64,000 bases of DNA, taken from the NCBI GenBank assembly GCA_946185555.1, contig CAMHKB010000001.1, positions 7,290 to 71,289 of the forward strand. The letters are read 5' to 3'. Shown piece after piece: positions 8,334 to 16,721 of the stretch (position 1 is the first letter of the stretch; every line of letters begins with the position of its first letter). The notes under the pieces are model-generated. The model was not told the DNA's origin. It made no database searches and saw only the letters and a program-made list of their open reading frames with translations. This DNA comes from an uncultured Clostridia bacterium. Lineage in GTDB: Bacteria > Bacillota > Clostridia > Oscillospirales > Acutalibacteraceae. The translations under genes were made by a program, and so were the position numbers.

Positions 8334-10130
8334 CTATTTTTTCTTTTCTCTCATTCTGCGGAGCTGTTCCATGATAGTGTCGTTATCCGCTGCCGCTGCC
8401 TGAGCCGGAGTAAGCTTATTTTTTTGTTCTGTAAGAATATTGATATATCCGCGCGCCGACTCAGAGGGTGTACTATCACGGGGGTGGGAAGTCATCATAG
8501 CCGCAAGACGTCCCATTTCGCTTGCAGTGAAATCACCGGAAATATCCGTTATTGATACATCCTTGCCCTCATTTATTCTTTTTCTGAGTACCTCATAAAT
8601 ATGTCTGTTGAAATTTGTAACAAAAGTTTCCGGCGAAAGCGTACCGGCTATTTCAACCGCTGTATCAGGCTCATACAGCATGATAGATATGATCGCCTCC
8701 TCAGCGTTTGCCGCACGGAGATTGAATTTCTTTTCAGGATTCAGCTTATCAGCCGCCGCAGAAAGATCAGTCTGCGCCTTTCGCTGCTGTACCTTTTTGT
8801 TTTCAAAGGAGCTGTACTTGTTATTCTTTTCTACAAGCCGTTTCAGGGATGTTTTTTCTATTTCAAGCTCCTTTGCAATACGGCTTATGTACACATCCTG
8901 TTCAACAGGATTTTCTATGCCGGCAATCAGATATGCAGCCTTTGTGGCAAAATCCACCTTCTGCTCCGGTATTTCTAAATTGTACCGTCCCCGAAGCTTC
9001 ATAAGCCTGTATTCTATGTCATTACCCGATTTTTCAAGAAGCATACGAAATCTTGCGCTGCCCTGGTCGCCGTGTGATTTTATAAATTCATCAGGGTCTT
9101 TTCCGTTTGGTACAGTCAGCACCCTTATCTTTATGCCGGTAGGTCTGAGAATGTTTATAGCGCGCTGTGTAGCTTTCTGCCCGGCTTCATCAGCGTCATA
9201 GCAGATAACAACCTCATCGCAGTATTTCTTTATTATCATCGCCTGATCCTCTGTAAGCGCTGTCCCGAGAGTGGCTACAGCGTTTTCAAAACCTGCCTGA
9301 TGAAGCGCTATAACATCCATGTATCCCTCAACAAGTATAAGCTGTCTTTTGGGATCATTTTTCGCGAATTTCAGGGCAAACAGGTTTTTGCTCTTGTTGA
9401 ATACAGGTGTATCAGATGTGTTAAGATATTTGGGCTTTCCATCTGACATCAACCTTCCGCCGAACGCAATAACCTTTCCCTTCACATCAATTATCGGAAA
9501 CATTACACGATCGGAGAATCTGTCAAAAGCATATCCCTTATCAGACTGATTCGCAAGGTTTGCCTGTATCATTTCATATTTGGTAAATCCCTTCGACTTA
9601 AGATGATTTACAAGCTCAAATCTGTCACGGGGAGAGTAACCAAGTCCGAAATGTATAATGGTTTTTTCTGTAAGTCCTCTGCCCCTCAGATAATCAAGTG
9701 CCTGCTTACCGGCTGGTGAGTAAAGCTGACGGTGGAAAAATCTTGCCGCCTCACGATTCGCTTCATATATCCGCATTCTGAGCTTTGCCATACCGTCAGA
9801 AATATCATTTTCCGGAACAGTCATTCCAGCCCTATCCGCAAGAAACTTTACAGCATCAACATAGTCAAGATTTTCGATCTTCATTATGAATGTAATAACG
9901 TCTCCGCCGACGCCGCACCCGAAGCAATGGAAAAATCCGTTCTCTCTTGATACGCTGAAGGAAGGCGATCTCTCATTATGGAACGGACACAGCCCCATAA
10001 GATTTCTTCCTGATCTTTTCAGCTGAACATAAGAAGATATCACATCCGCTATATCTGTTCTTGACTTTAGTTCCTGTTTAAATTCCTCTGTAATTGCCAA
10101 TACACCGCATCTCCTTTTATTACAGACCAA
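8334..10130 (-). CDS. dnaG: DNA primase
   Basis: 598 aa with the zinc ribbon CPFHNERSPSFSV...FHCFGCG, a TOPRIM segment (LVEGYMDVIAL, ICYDADEAGQKAT) and a C-terminal helper domain. The real start may be the TTG at 10100 (MAITEEFKQ...). Confidence 0.9.
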   Translation of the reverse strand: MVCNKRRCGVLAITEEFKQELKSRTDIADVISSYVQLKRSGRNLMGLCPFHNERSPSFSVSRENGFFHCFGCGVGGDVITFIMKIENLDYVDAVKFLADRAGMTVPENDISDGMAKLRMRIYEANREAARFFHRQLYSPAGKQALDYLRGRGLTEKTIIHFGLGYSPRDRFELVNHLKSKGFTKYEMIQANLANQSDKGYAFDRFSDRVMFPIIDVKGKVIAFGGRLMSDGKPKYLNTSDTPVFNKSKNLFALKFAKNDPKRQLILVEGYMDVIALHQAGFENAVATLGTALTEDQAMIIKKYCDEVVICYDADEAGQKATQRAINILRPTGIKIRVLTVPNGKDPDEFIKSHGDQGSARFRMLLEKSGNDIEYRLMKLRGRYNLEIPEQKVDFATKAAYLIAGIENPVEQDVYISRIAKELEIEKTSLKRLVEKNNKYSSFENKKVQQRKAQTDLSAAADKLNPEKKFNLRAANAEEAIISIMLYEPDTAVEIAGTLSPETFVTNFNRHIYEVLRKRINEGKDVSITDISGDFTASEMGRLAAMMTSHPRDSTPSESARGYINILTEQKNKLTPAQAAAADNDTIMEQLRRMREKKK

Positions 10131-10139
10131 ACAAACATG

Positions 10140-11156
10140 TTAAACGCTTCCGCGGTTCATATATATAAACGGTTTAGGTATGTACAGCTCCTTGAACTTT
10201 TCGACAGCATATCTGTCAGTCATTCCTGCAAGATAGTCACAGACTGCGGTCTGAGTACCCTCAGCTGTAACCGTATGTCTGTTTTCAGAGGGCATTTCAA
10301 GGGGATGCTTCAAAAAATATTCATACAGAAATCCGATAAAATCAGGAACCTTTCTTTCTTCATGCTTTGCATATTCATTAGAATACACTACCGCATACAT
10401 GAACCTGTGAAGTCTGTCGAATACCCCCTGCACCTCATCATCCATGCAAAGTACACCGTCCCTTGAATTTGAAACAAGGGATATGACAAGAGTATTTATT
10501 CTGTCAGAGGTTTTATGTCCGAGAACCTTCCCCACCTCTGTCGGAAGCTCATCCTCTGATATAACTCCTGCCCTCACTGCATCGTCAATATCATGGTTGA
10601 TATAGGCTATCCTGTCAGCTATGCGAACTATTCTTCCTTCAACTGTATCAGCTTCTCTGCCTTTGGTATGGCATACTATACCGTTTCTTGTTTCATATGT
10701 AAGGTTCAGACCTCTGCCGTCCTTTTCAAGCTTATCAACAACCCTGAGACTTTGTTCATAATGTCTGAAACCTCCGGGTACAAGAGAATCAAGCGCACGT
10801 TCTCCTGCATGGCCGAACGGTGTATGTCCCAGATCGTGCCCCAGAGCCACTGCCTCCGTCAGGTCCTCATTTACCCTCAGCGCCCTTGCTATAGTTCTTG
10901 CTATCTGCGACACTTCAAGAGTATGGGTAAGACGTGTACGGTAATGATCTCCCTCAGGGGATAAAAAAACCTGTGTCTTATGCTTAAGACGCCGGAAGGA
11001 TTTGCAGTGTATTATTCTGTCGCGATCACGCTGAAGCTCTGTGCGTATACTGCATTTTTCTTCATATATACCTCTGCCCTTTGTTGAATCAGAAAAACAG
11101 GCAAAATCAGAAAAATACAATTTTTCATTTTTTTCTGTAACTTCTCTTATATTCAT
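10140..11156 (-). CDS. dgt: dGTP triphosphohydrolase-like HD-domain protein
   Basis: HD motifs RLTHTLEVSQIAR and GHDLGHTPFGHAGE are present. I place the start at the ATG at 11156 (MNIREV...), preceded by AAGGGGGTG, rather than at the ORF-track start at 11189. Confidence 0.85.
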   Translation of the reverse strand: MNIREVTEKNEKLYFSDFACFSDSTKGRGIYEEKCSIRTELQRDRDRIIHCKSFRRLKHKTQVFLSPEGDHYRTRLTHTLEVSQIARTIARALRVNEDLTEAVALGHDLGHTPFGHAGERALDSLVPGGFRHYEQSLRVVDKLEKDGRGLNLTYETRNGIVCHTKGREADTVEGRIVRIADRIAYINHDIDDAVRAGVISEDELPTEVGKVLGHKTSDRINTLVISLVSNSRDGVLCMDDEVQGVFDRLHRFMYAVVYSNEYAKHEERKVPDFIGFLYEYFLKHPLEMPSENRHTVTAEGTQTAVCDYLAGMTDRYAVEKFKELYIPKPFIYMNRGSV

Positions 11157-11268
11157 CGGTTTCACCCCCTTGACCCGCAATATTTGCAATTATTTTTTGG
11201 ATCGCTGTAGTATCAATCTCAGCTTCTATTTATAAATGGGCAAATCTGACAAATTGCACAAATCATAT

Positions 11269-11356
11269 GTCATTCTGAGGAGCGACAGCGGCGAAGAATC
11301 TTTTCGATAATGCTGTTTTAGTGGAAAAGATCCTTCGCTTACGCTAAGGATGACAG
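11269..11356. repeat. short hairpin form of the modular repeat
   Basis: GTCATTCTGAGGAGCGACAGCGGCGAAGAATCTTTT ... AAAAGATCCTTCGCTTACGCTAAGGATGACAGG. The two arms are imperfectly complementary over about 30 nt. Confidence 0.7.
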
Positions 11357-11491
11357 GTTGGGTATGATATAGAAGACAATATTATTGTGCATAATCACGA
11401 ACAATTATTAATTTGCTCATTTATAGCTTCTATATTAATTATACGCACAAAAAAGGATTATACCTTTTTTTCTTTTTCAGATTTTAGTATA

Positions 11492-12112
11492 TCAGCAGGC
11501 AAAATAATCTTCACCCGTTATTTCTGTTTCAACCGTTGCCCCTGTAGCATCTGCTAAGGACCGGGAAAAACCGCCCATATCCTCAGGTGCTATATGAAAA
11601 TCTATAGTTACATTTTCTCCGAACCCAATATCATCTATTTCTCCGCCGCATGACGGAATAAGCCCTGACAATTTTCCATACTGATTATAACTGCATACTA
11701 TTCTGCATTTATGGCATTTCTTCATTGTGATGATATTTCCGGCTTCAAGGGCAATTTTTGCGGACCTTGTGTATGCCCTGACAAGACCGCCTGCCCCCAA
11801 CAGAATACCGCCGAAATATCTTGTCACAACCACAGCGGCATCTGTCACTCCTGATTTCACAATTACATCAAGAACAGGTACTCCAGCCGTTCCATGAGGT
11901 TCTCCGTCATCGCTGTATCTCTGCACTCCGCTGTCCCTGAGAACATACGCATATACATTATGCCTTGCGTCCCAGTGCTGTTTCTTCTTTTCTTCAATAA
12001 ACATCAGAGCCTCCTCCTCAGTTTTAACAGGACGCACATAGCCTATGAATCTTGATCTCTGCTCTGTAAATTCATCCTGCGCTTCTTTTCTGACAGTTTT
12101 GTATTCATCCAT
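11492..12112 (-). CDS. yigZ: YigZ/IMPACT-family protein
   Basis: RSRFIGY...YSDDGEPHGTAGVPVL...VVVTRYFGGILLGAGGL is the UPF0029/IMPACT signature. The likely start is MDEYKT at 12112. Confidence 0.8.
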   Translation of the reverse strand: MDEYKTVRKEAQDEFTEQRSRFIGYVRPVKTEEEALMFIEEKKKQHWDARHNVYAYVLRDSGVQRYSDDGEPHGTAGVPVLDVIVKSGVTDAAVVVTRYFGGILLGAGGLVRAYTRSAKIALEAGNIITMKKCHKCRIVCSYNQYGKLSGLIPSCGGEIDDIGFGENVTIDFHIAPEDMGGFSRSLADATGATVETEITGEDYFAC

Positions 12113-12202
12113 AGTAAAAATCCATCCTTTCAGCGTCCAGTAACAGCATATAGAAAAATGCGGCACATTTGTTGATGCGCCGCAGTCAGTGGATCGTTAA
12201 AA

Positions 12203-12409
12203 TTATTTCTTGTTAATACCATAACGTCTGTTGAATCTGTCAGCACGTCCGCCGGTATCAACGAGCTTCTGTCTTCCGGTAAAGAACGGATGGCACTTTG
12301 AGCAAATTTCAACACGAATATCACTCTTTGTTGATCCAGTCTCGATCACGTTTCCGCAGGCACACTTGATGGTTGTCTGCTGATACTTAGGATGTATTCC
12401 GTCTCTCAT
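12203..12409 (-). CDS. rpmE: 50S ribosomal protein L31
   Basis: [64 protein letters not shown] is a canonical type-A L31 with its CxxC...CxxC metal site. The start is taken at the internal ATG at 12409. Confidence 0.9.
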   Translation of the reverse strand: MRDGIHPKYQQTTIKCACGNVIETGSTKSDIRVEICSKCHPFFTGRQKLVDTGGRADRFNRRYGINKK

Positions 12410-12520
12410 TTGAGTCACCTCTTTCTTTTCAACATTGAATAACATTAGAATTATACCATATTATTTTACAAATTGCAAGGCTTTTTTAACATTTCTTCCA
12501 CTATATTTTAATAATTATTT

Positions 12521-13261
12521 TCATACAATTTCAATATAATCACCATCAACATATCCCTGTATACCGTTATATCTCGTCAGATACCATTTCCCGTCCTGAC
12601 CTATAATGGGTATATCCGTACCTTTTGGTATTTTTGCAAGTATCTCAGACGAGGTTGAAGGACGTGAACGCAGATTCAGCGGTGTTTCCCTTGTTATAAC
12701 TCTTCCGGTTCTTTCAGGTGAAGGCTGGCGGAATGTTACTCCAAGATACTCTGCCGTTGAAAGTGAAAGATTTTCAGCAATTTCACCTATATTTTCTCTT
12801 ATCCACATTGCGTCCTCTTCATTGTCATGGTACGCTGTTTCTATCAGGACTGCCGGTGCTCTTGTATTAACAAGCTCATACAAAACAGTTGTCGGCACAG
12901 TTCTGACCAGATCCGGTATGGGATATATTTTCCGGTAATTTCGGGCAAAAATTTCAGCGGCTCTTTCGCTTGCCTGAGAATTAGCATAGTAGTATATCTG
13001 TACACCCCTGTTTTTTCCGCTGCTTGCCTGTGGGGACGCATTTGAGTGAATAGCTAAGTGAAAGTCAACTCCCTCTCTGTTTGACTGACGGACAGAGTTG
13101 CCCACTGTTTTCAGCGGATCATTGCGGACATATTCTATTCCGGATGCGGTAAGATAAGGCTGCATTGCGTCTGCGACAAGATTCATATAGTATTCTTCAT
13201 TTCCGCCGCCGACATAGGGATTATACTCCTGTGTAGAAGGACTGAGATATATTCTTGGCAT
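12521..13261 (-). CDS. N-acetylmuramoyl-L-alanine amidase (Amidase_3-like) with C-terminal SH3-like domain
   Basis: DFHLAIHSNA and LIETAYHDN are amidase_3-type motifs. The C-terminal LNLRSRPSTSSEILAKIPKGTDIPIIG...GYVDGDYIEI is SH3_3-like. No N-terminal signal peptide is visible. Confidence 0.75.
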   Translation of the reverse strand: MPRIYLSPSTQEYNPYVGGGNEEYYMNLVADAMQPYLTASGIEYVRNDPLKTVGNSVRQSNREGVDFHLAIHSNASPQASSGKNRGVQIYYYANSQASERAAEIFARNYRKIYPIPDLVRTVPTTVLYELVNTRAPAVLIETAYHDNEEDAMWIRENIGEIAENLSLSTAEYLGVTFRQPSPERTGRVITRETPLNLRSRPSTSSEILAKIPKGTDIPIIGQDGKWYLTRYNGIQGYVDGDYIEIV

Positions 13262-13351
13262 AGTGATCTCCTTATAATAATTTTTTTAGGAAAGGGGTCT
13301 GGGGGATAACCCTTTGTTTTTAAACAAAGGGTTTCCACCAGAAAAGCATAC

Positions 13352-14206
13352 TTAGTTTTGATTTTCAATAACAATGATTTCCTCGAGGGTTTTTTTATCA
13401 TCTCTCAGAAATCTGTGAAGATGAAAAAGATCCTCCTCTGACGAAATAATATTCATTTTATTTTCGCAGTCCATTATTGCCGAAAAACCCATAGAACGGA
13501 CTATGCTTTCCGTATTTTTGCTTTTTGCGCCAAAAGGATATACGAACGCACAGGGTTTTCTGCCAATCAATTTTGTTATTCTGTCGTTGCTTTGTTTAAG
13601 GTCTGCACGGAGACGCTTTTCGTAATCCTCATCACTTTCGTCAGCCCTTTTTGCCGCTCCCTGTACATACGAATCATTTTTGTGCAGGCTGTAGGTGTGA
13701 TTTTCTATCTCTACTAGTCCGGAATAATACATTTCCCTGAGTTCTCCCCACTTGCACTGAGACCATTTCGGACTGCGGTATTTTTCATCCTCAGCCTGAT
13801 CAGCTGCCAAACCGATAGGAGAAATAACCGCCTTGCTTTTATACTTTTTCAAAAGCGGAAAAGCATAGGTATAGTTATTCAGATACCCATCGTCAAATGA
13901 AAGTATGACAGGCTTTTCCGGCAGTTTTTTACCTTTTTTGAAATGATCCACAAGTTCACTGACAAAAATAGTTGTATATCCCTGTTCCTGCAAATATTTC
14001 AGATCATTTTCAAAAAGTGACGGAGGTATCATATAAGTGTTTCTCAGCTTTTCACTTTCGGTAAGACCATGATACATAATTACAGGGATTTTTATACTTT
14101 CACTTACATTTGTTTCAGTCCGGCGTGTTGTCTCTGTACAGGCAGACATCATTATTACAGCGGCTATCAGGATCAAAGCCGTCAGAGTCTTGAGTTTTAT
14201 CGACAC
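13352..14206 (-). CDS. polysaccharide deacetylase-family lipoprotein
   Basis: Lipoprotein-type signal (LILIAAVIMMSAC), then VIMYHGL...ILSFDDGYLNNYTYAFPLL, the NodB/polysaccharide deacetylase motifs. Confidence 0.8.
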   Translation of the reverse strand: MSIKLKTLTALILIAAVIMMSACTETTRRTETNVSESIKIPVIMYHGLTESEKLRNTYMIPPSLFENDLKYLQEQGYTTIFVSELVDHFKKGKKLPEKPVILSFDDGYLNNYTYAFPLLKKYKSKAVISPIGLAADQAEDEKYRSPKWSQCKWGELREMYYSGLVEIENHTYSLHKNDSYVQGAAKRADESDEDYEKRLRADLKQSNDRITKLIGRKPCAFVYPFGAKSKNTESIVRSMGFSAIMDCENKMNIISSEEDLFHLHRFLRDDKKTLEEIIVIENQN

Positions 14207-14282
14207 ATATTATCACTCCAAAATAAATATCAGCGGTCATACAAAAATCGTATGCCGCTGAATATGAAAATATGCCATTTTA

Positions 14283-14382
14283 GCTCAGAGCTAAGAGTGC
14301 AGAGTTCAGAGAATTATCTTTTCAATTATGCTGCTTTCGTGGTAAAGATCCTTCGCTTACGCTCAGTATGACAGCGTGAGAG
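14283..14382. repeat. mosaic copy of the modular repeat, left of hicAB
   Basis: GCTCAGAGCTAAGAGTGCAGAGTTCAGAG (end module, reverse orientation) + CTTTTCAATTATGCTGCTTTCGTGG + AAAGATCCTTCGCTTACGCTCAGTATGACAGCGTGAGAG. Confidence 0.7.
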
Positions 14383-14472
14383 AATCAAGATTAAAGTTTG
14401 GAACCCAGTTTTATATGACTTTCAAATTTCTTTTTAAGAAACTTAAATTCTGTAAATCAGGTATCATACATA

Positions 14473-14501
14473 TTGACATACGTATAAATACGTTATATAA
14501 T
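14473..14501 (+). promoter_or_regulatory. consensus sigma-A promoter of hicAB with a palindrome in the spacer
   Basis: TTGACA (14473-14478), a 17-nt spacer, then TATAAT (14496-14501). The spacer holds ACGTAT-AA-ATACGT (14480-14493). The hicA ATG lies about 29 nt downstream of the -10. Confidence 0.65.
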
Positions 14502-14529
14502 AATACCAGAACGAAAGAGGTGAAGCAAG

Positions 14530-14718
14530 ATGCCAATGACACCAAAGGACATGATAAAGCTTCTGAAAGCTAACGGATTCATTGAAATCAGCTCCCAAGG
14601 TTCACACAGAAAGCTCTGTAATCCAAAAACAAACCGAACTGTAATTGTTCCTTTCCATAGTAAAGACTTGAAAAAAGGAACAGAACAAGGCATACTGAAA
14701 GACGCCGGGTTAAAATAA
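14530..14718 (+). CDS. hicA: HicA-family type II toxin (mRNA interferase)
   Basis: 62 aa: KDMIKLLKANGFIEISSQGSHRKLCNP...VIVPFHSKDLKKGTEQGILKDAGL is the HicA/YcfA pattern. RBS AAAGAGGTG lies upstream. Confidence 0.85.
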   Translation: MPMTPKDMIKLLKANGFIEISSQGSHRKLCNPKTNRTVIVPFHSKDLKKGTEQGILKDAGLK

Positions 14719-14752
14719 CTCCTGCTGACTTCATAAATTGAAAGGGGTATTA

Positions 14753-15157
14753 ATGATGAAAAAAAAGTTTTATCCGTCAGTTTTTACAAAAGAAGACGTT
14801 GGTTACAGTGTCAGATTCCCTGATTTACCCGGATGTTATACAGAAGGTGATACTTTAGAACAGGCTTGCAGCATGGCAGAAGAAGCATTAGGGCTGTATC
14901 TTGAAAATAACGAAACCGGATCATTTAATGATTTTCCTGCAAGTGACATCACTGATATAAAAACATCTGAAAATGAATGTGTTGTTTTAATAGGATTTGA
15001 TGAACTCGAATACCGTAAACGTCATAATAATAAAGCCGTCAAGAAAACACTTTCTATTCCGCAATGGCTCAACATTATGGCAGAAGAGAACAACATTAAT
15101 TTCTCTCAGGTACTTCAGAAAGCACTCAAAGCAGAACTGAATATTGCAAGTATTTGA
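14753..15157 (+). CDS. hicB: HicB-family antitoxin
   Basis: YPSVFTKEDVGYSVRFPDLPGCYTEGDTLEQACSMAEEALGLYLE is the HicB N-domain, and the C-terminal KKTLSIPQWLNIMAEENNINFSQVLQKAL is a DNA-binding tail. The start is taken at the ATG at 14753, after AAAGGGG. Confidence 0.85.
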   Translation: MMKKKFYPSVFTKEDVGYSVRFPDLPGCYTEGDTLEQACSMAEEALGLYLENNETGSFNDFPASDITDIKTSENECVVLIGFDELEYRKRHNNKAVKKTLSIPQWLNIMAEENNINFSQVLQKALKAELNIASI

Positions 15158-15272
15158 TTTTCGTTTGTTCGTGTAAGTCCGTCCTTCCGGGCGGCTTTTT
15201 TTCTTTACGAATATGCTATGTTTATCGTTTATTTGAATGATAATAGGACGCTCCACTCAACAAAACAGGAAC

Positions 15273-15370
15273 GCTGCTCAGAATGACAAATGAGGAAACA
15301 CTTTAAAACAACTAAAGAAGAAAAAAGCCTGATACTACAAGCTCTAAGCTCTGAGCCATTAACTCTGAGC
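15273..15370. repeat. right-half copy of the modular repeat, right of hicAB
   Basis: GCTGCTCAGAATGACAAATGAGG ... AAGAAAAAAGCCTGATAC ... AAGCTCTAAGCTCTGAGCCATTAACTCTGAGC matches the right half of copies A and B. Confidence 0.7.
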
Positions 15371-15376
15371 TTTAGA

Positions 15377-16606
15377 TCAGCGTACTATCTGGAAAAGATA
15401 GAATTTCAGATATTCAGTTTCAGGTACGTTGTAAAGTACAGGGTGATCCGGCGACTGCTGACGGTATTCTATGCGCCTTAGCTGTACATGGGCATCCTGC
15501 GCCGCATCTCTCAGCATTTGTTCAAAAAGCTGTTCTGTCATAAAGTGCGAACAGCTGCAGGTCGCAAGATATCCGCCGGTAGGCAAAAGCTTCATCGCCC
15601 TCAGATTTATTTCTTTATAGCCTCTTACAGCGCTTTGTATGGTTGCCCTTGATTTTGTAAAAGCCGGAGGATCAAGAATTATAAAGTCATAGCCTTCCTT
15701 GCCTGTCATTTCAGACAGAAGGTCAAATACATTTTCGCACACAAACTCCATATTGCCTTCAAGACCGTTAAGACGTGCATTTTTCTGCGCCATATCAACC
15801 GCGTCCTGAGATATGTCCACTGCACACACCTTCTCTGCGCCTCCCTTAGCTGCATTCAATGCAAATGAACCCGTATGAGTGAAGCAGTCAAGAACACGTC
15901 TTCCGGCAGCTATCTTTGAAACAGCAAGCCTGTTATATTTCTGATCCAGAAAAAATCCTGTCTTTTGTCCGTTTTCAAAGTCTACATTGTACTTTATGCC
16001 GTTCTCCTCTATAACAACATTCGTTTCCTGAGGCAATTCAAGTCCGGGCAAAGCATAGAACCCCTTCCCCTGCTCCATACCTTCAAGCTCACGAACCTTG
16101 ACATCATTTCTTTCAAAAATACCTCTTATTTCAAATCCGTCCTCATTCAGTACCTTTTTAAGCAGAGGAAAAATAATATCCTTGCGTTTTTCTATTCCAA
16201 GAGACAAAGTCTGCGTCACAAGAATATCATGAAACTTATCTACCGTAAGCCCCGGAAATGTATCCGCTTCTCCGAAAATAATGCGGCAGCAGTCCAGATC
16301 ATCTCCCATAACTGTCCTGCGGTAGTCCCACGCATAACATATCCTTCTCTCAAAAAAAGCTTCATCAAAGCGGTCGTTGGCATTTCGTGATATCAGCCTT
16401 ATTCTTATCTTTGAATTGCTGTTATAGAATCCTGTACCTATAAACCTGCCCTTTTCGTTTATAACGTCAACCAGATCTCCGTCCTCAACATCCCCGTCCA
16501 GAGACTGCACCTCAGTATCATATATCCACGGATGTCCGAGAAAAAGCGTTTTCTCCGCCTTTTTTGAGACCTCTGCAACTGTATATTTTCTCTTTTTAAA
16601 CGACAT
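15377..16606 (-). CDS. class I SAM-dependent rRNA methyltransferase (RlmI-like, PUA + MTase)
   Basis: 409 aa with an N-terminal PUA-like region (GHPWIYDTEV...GDLVDV), then GFFLDQKYNR, VLDCFTHTGSFAL and IILDPPAF motifs. Confidence 0.85.
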   Translation of the reverse strand: MSFKKRKYTVAEVSKKAEKTLFLGHPWIYDTEVQSLDGDVEDGDLVDVINEKGRFIGTGFYNSNSKIRIRLISRNANDRFDEAFFERRICYAWDYRRTVMGDDLDCCRIIFGEADTFPGLTVDKFHDILVTQTLSLGIEKRKDIIFPLLKKVLNEDGFEIRGIFERNDVKVRELEGMEQGKGFYALPGLELPQETNVVIEENGIKYNVDFENGQKTGFFLDQKYNRLAVSKIAAGRRVLDCFTHTGSFALNAAKGGAEKVCAVDISQDAVDMAQKNARLNGLEGNMEFVCENVFDLLSEMTGKEGYDFIILDPPAFTKSRATIQSAVRGYKEINLRAMKLLPTGGYLATCSCSHFMTEQLFEQMLRDAAQDAHVQLRRIEYRQQSPDHPVLYNVPETEYLKFYLFQIVR

Positions 16607-16721
16607 TTACTTCTTCCTCTCTGTAACACTTTTCTCATTTTCTGCGATAAAGACTACACCGGGGAAAAACCTTTCCTAAAAAACTGTTTCAGCTGAACAC
16701 TCAAAAACAGGCATTGAATTT

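Noticed and set aside
8601-9201. 125-aa and 197-aa plus-strand ORFs inside dnaG, and similar antisense ORFs inside metA (4365-4865), the DUF421 gene (43179-43709), hydA (46818-47423), the surface-protein gene (28917-29408), the membrane protein gene (31785-32294) and the signalling gene (59637-60515)
   Set aside because: All are antisense to genes with strong motif support and have no motifs of their own. This is typical of long sense genes in AT-rich DNA.
13309-13330. Palindrome CCCTTTGT-TTTTAA-ACAAAGGG as terminator of the polysaccharide deacetylase gene
   Set aside because: The stem is real, but on the minus strand it is followed by TTATCCCCC with no U-tract, and it lies only about 50 nt before the amidase start. 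Its function is uncertain, so it is not listed as a terminator.
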